Assembly (NCBI GenBank): GCA_046598045.1
Contig: JBKJJJ010000179.1
Coordinates: 1 to 10,202 of the forward strand
Origin: Candidatus Eiseniibacteriota bacterium
GTDB lineage: Bacteria; Eisenbacteria; RBG-16-71-46; DASYSL01
DNA length: 10,202 nucleotides
Reading direction: 5' to 3'
Part shown: piece by piece, positions 6,432-10,202 of the stretch
Layout of the letters: each line of letters starts with the position of its first letter
Position numbering within the stretch: the first letter of the stretch is position 1
Made by a program: the position numbers and the translations under genes
The notes under the pieces: model-generated
Seen by the model: the letters and a program-made list of their open reading frames with translations, nothing else
Database searches by the model: none
Told to the model about the DNA's origin: nothing

Positions 6432-7541
6432 ATGAGCCCATCGACTTCCGACGCGGCGATCGCCGCACCCCGCCCGCTCTCCGACTACGAGCGCCTGCCC
6501 GACGCCGAGCTCGACGCGCGCATCCGCGCGGCGAAGCACGCGCTCGGCGCGCGGCTCCTGATCCTCGGGCACCACTACCAGCGCGACGAGGTCGTGCAGT
6601 ACGCCGACTTCCTGGGCGACAGCTACCGGCTGTCGCAGCGCGGCGCGGAGTCCGAGGCCGACTTCATCGTGTTCTGCGGCGTCCACTTCATGGCCGAGAG
6701 CGCGGACATTCTCGCCCAGCCCCGGCAGCACGTGATCCTCCCCGACCTGGGCGCGGGCTGCTCGATGGCCGACATGGCCGACATCGCCGACGTCGAGGAG
6801 GCGTGGGACGCGCTCACGCGCGAGTTTGGCGACACGTTCGTGCCGATCACCTACATGAACTCGACCGCGGCGATCAAGGCGTTCGTCGGCAAGAACGGCG
6901 GGCTGGTCTGCACGTCGTCGAACGCGAAAGCGGCGTTCGAGTGGGCATGGGCGCGCAAAGAGCGCATCCTCTTCCTGCCCGACGAGCACCTCGGGCGCAA
7001 CACGGGAACCGGGCACGGCCTCGCGCTCGAGAGCATCGGGATGTGGGACCCGCGGCTCGATCCGGCGCACGCGCTCAAGGCGGTGCCCCGCGATGCGCGG
7101 CTGGTCGTGTGGAAGGGGCACTGCTCGGTGCACCAGCGCTTCACGCCCGAGCAGGCCGAGTTCCTGCGCAAGGAGCTCCCGGGGATCCGCATCATCTGCC
7201 ATCCCGAGTGCAAGTACGAGACCTGCCAGGCGGCAGACCTCGTGGGCTCGACCGACTTCATCATCAAGACCATCGAGAACGCCGCGCCCGGGTCGAAGTG
7301 GGCGGTCGGGACCGAGATCCACCTCGTCAACCGGCTTGCCGAGAAGCACAAGGACCGGCTCGTGATGTCGATGCAGCGCAACGTCTGCGCCTGCGCAACC
7401 ATGTACCGGATCGACCCCGTGCACCTGTGCTGGGTGCTCGAGAACCTCGTGGCCGGCCACGTGGTCAACGAGATCGTGGTCGACGACGACACGATCGAGT
7501 GGGCGAAGGTCGCGCTCGGGCGGATGCTCGAGATCCGGTAG
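6432..7541 (+). CDS. nadA: Quinolinate synthase A ([4Fe-4S])
   Basis: Motifs ILGHHYQ, GDSY, FCGVHFMAE, AGCSMAD, YMNS, CTSSNA, PDEHLG, WKGHCSVH, HPEC, GST, GTE and CACATM. The three cluster cysteines are present. Confidence 0.98.
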   Translation: MSPSTSDAAIAAPRPLSDYERLPDAELDARIRAAKHALGARLLILGHHYQRDEVVQYADFLGDSYRLSQRGAESEADFIVFCGVHFMAESADILAQPRQHVILPDLGAGCSMADMADIADVEEAWDALTREFGDTFVPITYMNSTAAIKAFVGKNGGLVCTSSNAKAAFEWAWARKERILFLPDEHLGRNTGTGHGLALESIGMWDPRLDPAHALKAVPRDARLVVWKGHCSVHQRFTPEQAEFLRKELPGIRIICHPECKYETCQAADLVGSTDFIIKTIENAAPGSKWAVGTEIHLVNRLAEKHKDRLVMSMQRNVCACATMYRIDPVHLCWVLENLVAGHVVNEIVVDDDTIEWAKVALGRMLEIR

Positions 7542-7595
7542 GCCCGCGCCACCCGCACTGGACCGGGTCCCCGGCCCCAGCCCGAATCTCCGGGC

Positions 7596-7624
7596 TTGAA
7601 CCGTCCCGGCCGTCCGGATAGTCT
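7596..7624 (+). promoter_or_regulatory. Candidate sigma70-type promoter for the cohesin-like gene
   Basis: TTGAAC (7596-7601), 17-nt spacer, TAGTCT (7619-7624). Confidence 0.55.
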
Positions 7625-7799
7625 GGTTCGGCTTTCATTCCCCCCGAATGATCCCGGCGCCCGCATCTTGGCTGGTTCGCTCCCTGGCGCTCGCCCCCGG
7701 GCGATCCCATCTCACCCCCCGGTTGTAGCCCGGAGTCCATCGGGTCCCCGGGGTTCGGCTCTCGGGCGGTTCTCCGTGCCCCGCAGGAGGCGAACTCGG

Positions 7800-8627
7800 A
7801 TGCGCATCCATCGGTCGGTCATCCTCGTCATCGCTATTCTCGTCCCCGTGTTCGGCGCGATGGACGCGGGGCTCACCGGTGCCGCCGGCATTCACGCCGC
7901 CATCACCCCCGCGCTGACGGTCGTCGAGCCGGGCGACTTCTTCGCGGTCGACTTCGCGATCACCGCGGCGGACGCCTCGTTCAACGGGTTCGACGCGGTC
8001 GTGGAGTACGACCCGGCGGCGGTAACGTTCCTGCCCACGAGTCCGACCGCGCTGCAGCAGGGCATGCTGATGACCGGGGCATGCGGGAGCACGTTCCATC
8101 GCTTCTCGGCGGCCGCGGACTCGATGGCGTTCACCTCGGTGATCCTGTGCTCCGGGATCTCGCGCACCGGGCCCGGCCAGCTCTATCACCTGAACTTCCA
8201 GGCCGGGCCGGCGCTGACCGAGACCTGGATCCGGCTCCGTCCCACGCGCGAGCGCTTCTACAACGCGGGCATCCGCGTCTCCCCGGTCGAGACCGCCGAC
8301 GGGCTGGTCAAGATCGTCGACCTCACGGGCGTGGGCGATGCGAACCTGACGCGCGGGCTCTCCCTGCGCGCGGCCCCGAACCCGGTGCGCGAGGGCACGA
8401 CGTTCGAGCTCTGGGCGGACGAGGGCGGCGCGCAATCGCTCGCGATCTACGACCTGAGGGGCCGCGTCGTGCGCGCGCTCGACGCGTCGGACGCCGGCGC
8501 GGGCGCGCGGACGGTGGCGTGGGACGGGCGCGACGATCGCGGGCTCAGGCTCGCGCCGGGCGTCTACCGCGCCGTGCTGCGCGCGGGCGGGCGGCGGGTT
8601 TCGGAGCCGGTGGTGATCCTGCCTTAA
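7800..8627 (+). CDS. Secreted protein: cohesin-like domain plus C-terminal FlgD-Ig/T9SS type-A-like sorting domain (275 aa)
   Basis: AGGAGG at 7785-7790 precedes ATG 7800. Signal peptide MRIHRSVILVIAILVPVFGA; cohesin-like pattern FAVDFAI...FNGFDAVVEYDPAAVTFL; C-terminal APNP...IYDLRGRVVR...WDGRDDRG...PGVYRAVL. Confidence 0.85.
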   Translation: MRIHRSVILVIAILVPVFGAMDAGLTGAAGIHAAITPALTVVEPGDFFAVDFAITAADASFNGFDAVVEYDPAAVTFLPTSPTALQQGMLMTGACGSTFHRFSAAADSMAFTSVILCSGISRTGPGQLYHLNFQAGPALTETWIRLRPTRERFYNAGIRVSPVETADGLVKIVDLTGVGDANLTRGLSLRAAPNPVREGTTFELWADEGGAQSLAIYDLRGRVVRALDASDAGAGARTVAWDGRDDRGLRLAPGVYRAVLRAGGRRVSEPVVILP

Positions 8628-9685
8628 CGGCGGGGCGCTTCCGCGTAGGCCGCGAGCAATTCGGCCTCCTTCGCGGCCGCGAGTCCCGCGGCACGCGGGG
8701 CATCCTTGGCGCGCGTAGAGTCCCAGTCGAGCGTGCCGCGGATCGTGTCCTCGAGCGGACGGAACGTCAGCCCGCTGTCGAGCGCCTTGGTGATGTTGTG
8801 GGCCATGAACCCGCCCATCGACTCGTCGCTTGCGGGGATCCACAGCGGCAGCTCCACCCACGGGCCCACCCCGTGCTCGAGCAGGAACTCGTCGTCGACC
8901 CAGCGCAGCGTCGAAGGCGGCGCGCCCCGTTCGGCCGCCACGCGCGCGCACGCGGCGAGCACCTCGCCGAACGCGACGGGCGAAGCGGGGCCGGTCGCCA
9001 GGATCGTGCCCTCGGCGCGCAGCTCGATCATCCGCACCATCCACTCCGCGAGGTCGCGCACGTCGATGAACTGCGTGCCGCGCACCGGCCGCCCCGGCGC
9101 GAGCACCTCGCCACCCCGCAGGAAACGCGCCGGCCAGTAGGTGAAGCGGTCGCTCCCGTCGAAGGGCCCCACGATCAGGCCGGGACGCACGACCAGCGCC
9201 GCGCCCGGGAACGCCGCACGCGCGACCTCCTCGCACTGCGCCTTGAGCGGACCGTAGAACTCCCCGAGCGATCGCGCCGTGATGGTTTCGGCGAGCTGCA
9301 ATGCGTCGACCTCGGCCTCCTGAGCGGGCGTGAGCGAGGCGACGGGCGCGAATTCGTCCTGCCCGTGCATGGCGTGGCTCGCCATCACCGAGACGCTGGA
9401 GACGAACGTGTAGTGCGCCACGCGGTCCTCGAGCGCCTCGGCGAGCGAGCGCACGTGGCCCGGCAGGTAGGCGGCGGTGTCGATCGCCGCGTCCCACGAC
9501 TGCGCGCGCAACGCGGCGAGGCCCTCGGGCCGCGTGCGATCGCCGTGCAATTGCGCGAGCTCGGGGTACGCGCCCGGGTCGTGCGTGCCGCGATTGAACA
9601 GCGTGAGTTCGTGGCCGCGCGCGCGCGCCGCGTCGACCACCGCGCGCCCGAGGAACTTCGTGCCGCCGAGGACCAGGATACGCAT
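8624..9685 (-). CDS. NAD(P)-dependent epimerase/dehydratase family (extended/atypical SDR) oxidoreductase
   Basis: Motifs LGGTKFLG, FNRG, GDR, YTFVSSVSV, YGPLK (YxxxK), RPGLIVGP and QFIDVRDLA. SD AAGGAG at 9700-9695. Confidence 0.93.
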   Translation of the reverse strand: MRILVLGGTKFLGRAVVDAARARGHELTLFNRGTHDPGAYPELAQLHGDRTRPEGLAALRAQSWDAAIDTAAYLPGHVRSLAEALEDRVAHYTFVSSVSVMASHAMHGQDEFAPVASLTPAQEAEVDALQLAETITARSLGEFYGPLKAQCEEVARAAFPGAALVVRPGLIVGPFDGSDRFTYWPARFLRGGEVLAPGRPVRGTQFIDVRDLAEWMVRMIELRAEGTILATGPASPVAFGEVLAACARVAAERGAPPSTLRWVDDEFLLEHGVGPWVELPLWIPASDESMGGFMAHNITKALDSGLTFRPLEDTIRGTLDWDSTRAKDAPRAAGLAAAKEAELLAAYAEAPRR

Positions 9686-9712
9686 CGGGTCAGTCTCCTT
9701 CCGAAAAGAGGT

Positions 9713-10202
9713 TCAGGGCCACAGCCGGGTCACCGTCCACGTGCCGCCGGTCGCACGTTCGTATCGAATGCGGTCATGGAAGCGGTGCGGCCGCCCCACC
9801 CAGAAGTCGATCGCCTGCGGCCACACGCGGTAGCCGCCCCAGTCGATCGGGCGCCTGGGGCGCTCGGGCTGGGAGGCGGTGGCGCGCTTGAGGGCGTCGT
9901 AGGCTTCGTCCATTTCCTCGCGCGTCGGCACGGCCTTGCTCTGGCGGGACACGGCCGCCGCGAGCCGGCTGTCGCGGGAGCGCGTCGCCCAGTAGGCGTC
10001 GTTCTCGGCGGCGGAGAGGCGCGTCACCGCGCCCTCGATCCGCACCTGCCGCTCGAGCGCCGGCCAGTGGAACGCGAGCGCGGCCCGCGGGTTCTCGGCC
10101 AGCTCGGAGGCCTTGCGACTCTGGTAGCTGGTGTAGAACGTGAACCCGCCCGTCTCGTCGATGCCCTTGAACAGCACCCAGCGCAGGGACGGCACGCCCG
10201 CT
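9713..10202 (-). CDS. pdxH: Pyridoxine/pyridoxamine 5'-phosphate oxidase (5' end outside window)
   Basis: Motifs PSLRWVLFKG, FYTSYQSRK, RQVRIEG, YWATRSRDS (Y-x3-R-x3-S phosphate-binding spacing), SRQS, WGGY, FWVGRPHRFHDR and the RLWP terminus. The frame is open to the window edge. Confidence 0.93.
   Translation of the reverse strand, partial: AGVPSLRWVLFKGIDETGGFTFYTSYQSRKASELAENPRAALAFHWPALERQVRIEGAVTRLSAAENDAYWATRSRDSRLAAAVSRQSKAVPTREEMDEAYDALKRATASQPERPRRPIDWGGYRVWPQAIDFWVGRPHRFHDRIRYERATGGTWTVTRLWP

Noticed and set aside
7800..8627. Flagellar hook-capping protein FlgD
   Set aside because: Only the Ig-like tail is similar; the protein has a Sec-type signal peptide and no flagellar neighbours.
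7635..9497. 620-aa minus ORF and other long alternative-frame ORFs (1653..2954, 4385..5638, 5497..6468, 6357..7460, 6389..7621)
   Set aside because: They overlap well-supported genes and have the Arg/Ala/Pro/Gly-rich composition typical of stop-poor frames in high-GC DNA.
1..10202. CRISPR array, tRNA/rRNA, transposase or phage genes
   Set aside because: No regularly spaced repeats, cloverleafs or mobile-element protein motifs were seen.

Overview
GC-rich bacterial chromosomal window. The TonB-dependent receptor architecture and a FlgD-Ig/T9SS-like C-terminal domain suggest an FCB-group organism such as Ca. Eisenbacteria or relatives (inference). Ten genes are supported. (1) A TonB-dependent receptor on the minus strand runs off the left edge and is missing from the ORF track. 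It lies under a complete sigma70 promoter, TPP riboswitch and terminator leader, so it is a probable thiamine importer. (2) A divergent Fn3 + PD40 beta-propeller lipoprotein. (3) A glyoxalase II-like MBL hydrolase. (4) A lower-GC exported hypothetical protein. (5) thiN, translationally coupled to (6) a CPBP membrane protease. (7) nadA. (8) A cohesin-like + FlgD-Ig secreted protein. (9) An extended SDR downstream of (10) pdxH, which is partial. Highlights are a B1/B3/B6 cofactor gene neighbourhood, probable leaderless promoters for nadA and the MBL gene, a densely base-paired intergenic element (2959-3133) bracketed by a 9-bp direct repeat, and a long leader ahead of the cohesin-like gene. No CRISPR array, tRNA/rRNA or transposase was seen. 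No clearly new system is proven from this sequence alone.
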